Shown in pieces: positions 4,944 through 5,707 of a stretch of DNA of 5,707 bases. The notes beneath the pieces are model-generated. The model saw only the letters and a list, made by a program, of their open reading frames with translations, was not told where the DNA came from and did no database searches. The DNA is from a virus. The stretch lies in IMG/VR virus record IMGVR_UViG_3300045988_011488; one strand, written 5' to 3'. A program made the translations under genes and the position numbers. The stretch's first letter is position 1. Every line of letters begins with the position of its first letter.

Positions 4944-5154
4944 GGTTGATGTCCCTTCTGAGGATTTCCACCTCAATGTTGTGCGCTGCTGCCCTTTTGC
5001 GAAACGCAAGGTCAACGTAATATTTTGCGTCTTCGATTGTTGCGGCCTTTCTGATCATACTGTATGCGGTGTCGATTGCCTTGTAGGTTTTCGTCAACTC
5101 CCGCATAAGGTTCTCGTCGGTCTGGTCTTTTGCATTCCATGGTTTGTTCTCCAT
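4927..5154 (-). CDS. Hypothetical protein, 75 aa
   Basis: ATG start with SD GGAGG 6 nt upstream. It is on the same strand as all other genes and overlaps the next gene by 17 nt. I recognise no family. Confidence 0.55.
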   Translation of the reverse strand: MENKPWNAKDQTDENLMRELTKTYKAIDTAYSMIRKAATIEDAKYYVDLAFRKRAAAHNIEVEILRRDINHGKEE

Positions 5155-5155
5155 C

Positions 5156-5239
5156 TTAAGCCTCCGGTTCGTTGCCTGTCACTGCATGGTAAATTTTGTC
5201 CAGCATTGTCAGGATTTTTTGGATGTTTTCAAACAGCAT
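5156..5239 (-). CDS. Possible 27-aa ORF (MLFENIQKILTMLDKIYHAVTGNEPEA), or 34 aa from CTG 5260
   Basis: The frame is open from the TGA at 5269-5267 to the TAA at 5158-5156, and it ends 1 nt before the next ATG. A strong SD (AAAGAGGTGA, 5276-5267) lies 6 nt upstream of CTG 5260 (7 nt from the GAGGTG core). It lies 27 nt from ATG 5239, which has no good SD of its own. Confidence 0.2.
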   Translation of the reverse strand: MLFENIQKILTMLDKIYHAVTGNEPEA

Positions 5240-5339
5240 TTTGATTTCTTGGAGAGTCAGGGCAATTCACCTCTTTCGTAAAGTTATTTTTGTAAAAATG
5301 AATTTGAGAGGAACACTTCTGTGCTGTTTGATTATTTTC

Positions 5340-5368
5340 ATTATATCAAAAAAGAGGTTTTTTTTCAA
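5340..5368 (-). promoter_or_regulatory. Promoter P2: -35 TTGAAA, 17-bp spacer, extended -10 TGATATAAT
   Basis: Minus strand: TTGAAA (5368-5363), AAAAACCTCTTTTTTGA (17 nt), TATAAT (5345-5340), with TG at 5348-5347. It sits in the gap between the 61-aa ORF and the downstream gene block. Confidence 0.6.
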
Positions 5369-5550
5369 TCCTCCTTTATCGTAAAACATGCTGCTACTTG
5401 GTTAATTTGATACAGTGAATAAATTCCTGGATTCTCTTCTGCGTATTTCTTTAACTCCTGTTTTGCTATCTTTGGCTCTGCTGTGAGCTTTCGGACGATG
5501 TGTGGTTCACCGTTCTTGTCAAGTTTTCGGATTTCATAGAGGTGCAGCAT
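5365..5550 (-). CDS. Hypothetical protein, 61 aa from ATG 5550
   Basis: The product is MLHLYEIRKLDKNGEPHIVRKLTAEPKIAKQELKKYAEENPGIYSLYQINQVAACFTIKED. SD-like GAAAGGAAAGGTGA lies 5 nt upstream of ATG 5550. The track start at 5559 is a GTG directly abutting the SD. I recognise no family. Confidence 0.5.
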   Translation of the reverse strand: MLHLYEIRKLDKNGEPHIVRKLTAEPKIAKQELKKYAEENPGIYSLYQINQVAACFTIKED

Positions 5551-5578
5551 GGTGTTCACCTTTCCTTTCTGTGATTTT

Positions 5579-5607
5579 ATTGTACCATATTTTTAGAAAA
5601 AAGTCAA
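5579..5607 (-). promoter_or_regulatory. Promoter P1: -35 TTGACT, 17-bp spacer, extended -10 TGGTACAAT
   Basis: Minus strand: TTGACT (5607-5602), TTTTTCTAAAAATATGG (17 nt), TACAAT (5584-5579), with TG at 5587-5586. An A/T-rich UP-like tract lies upstream, across the circular junction (5609-5638 = 1-30). Confidence 0.6.
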
Positions 5608-5608
5608 G

Positions 5609-5707
5609 ATTTTTTTTGAAAAAAGTTAGAAGAATTTTGTCTTGAAGGTCATGCGCTAGGCGCGGTGCGCCGTACGAAGAGCATGACGTGGCTTTCCGGC
5701 TAGCTGC
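5609..5707. repeat. Terminal direct repeat, copy 2 (identical to 1-99)
   Basis: Same 99-nt string as 1-99. The window ends inside the repeat, as expected for a k-mer overlap of a circular contig. Confidence 0.9.

Noticed and set aside
4944-5015. 24-codon N-terminal extension of the basic J-like protein (track start 5015)
   Set aside because: The extension is non-basic and lies fully inside the 75-aa ORF in another frame. The internal ATG 4943 yields the typical product of about 40 aa.
5347-5365. aaaaaagagg-tttttttt as a terminator hairpin after the 61-aa ORF
   Set aside because: The stem would be almost entirely A-T pairs with no GC core. The sequence is better explained as the spacer of promoter P2.
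706-5384. All plus-strand ORFs in the track (706-933, 1004-1210, 1463-1903, 1654-2103, 2367-2582, 2781-3266, 3369-3941, 4181-4492, 4368-4619, 4693-4899, 4912-5244, 5196-5384)
   Set aside because: Each lies antisense to a well-supported minus-strand gene. I saw no SD or promoter for any of them, and the Cys/Arg/Leu/Val-rich compositions are typical of antisense frames. Microviridae transcribe one strand only.
5551-5559. GTG start at 5559 for the 64-aa form of the P1-proximal ORF
   Set aside because: The GTG directly abuts the SD-like GGAAAG (spacing about 0-3 nt), whereas ATG 5550 is at a workable distance. The difference is only 3 residues either way.

Overview
The window is one complete, circularly permuted Microviridae (gokushovirus-like) ssDNA phage genome. 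Bases 1-99 recur exactly at 5609-5707, so the unit length is 5,608 nt. The repeat is most likely an assembly overlap of a circle. All credible genes lie on the window minus strand, which is therefore the viral, mRNA-sense strand. Order in viral sense: promoter P1, 61-aa ORF, promoter P2, possible 27-aa ORF, 75-aa ORF, 39-aa basic J/ORF8-like protein, a 32-aa hydrophobic peptide absent from the ORF track, 78-aa conserved small protein, VP3 scaffold, VP1 major capsid, VP2 minor capsid/pilot, VP4 HUH replication initiator, intrinsic terminator. Strong Shine-Dalgarno sites (AAGGAGG type) and extended -10 promoters suggest a Firmicutes-like host; this is inference. The unusual part is the ~500-nt non-coding region (1-453 plus 5551-5608, about 9% of the genome). 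It holds seven exact same-orientation TTCAACA iterons, a cluster of DnaA-box 9-mers including a perfect TTATCCACA, and a segment arranged like a bacterial oriC basal unwinding module: paired boxes, a GC cluster, a (TAG)n DnaA-trio-like run, then 22 bp of pure A/T. A 40-bp alternating purine-pyrimidine (Z-DNA-prone) imperfect palindrome, several perfect hairpins and a GC-rich structured island lie in the same region. My leading hypothesis is that this phage carries a host-DnaA-dependent origin or primosome-loading element, or a DnaA-titrating element. Nothing here was checked against databases; protein family calls rest on recalled motifs and gene order.
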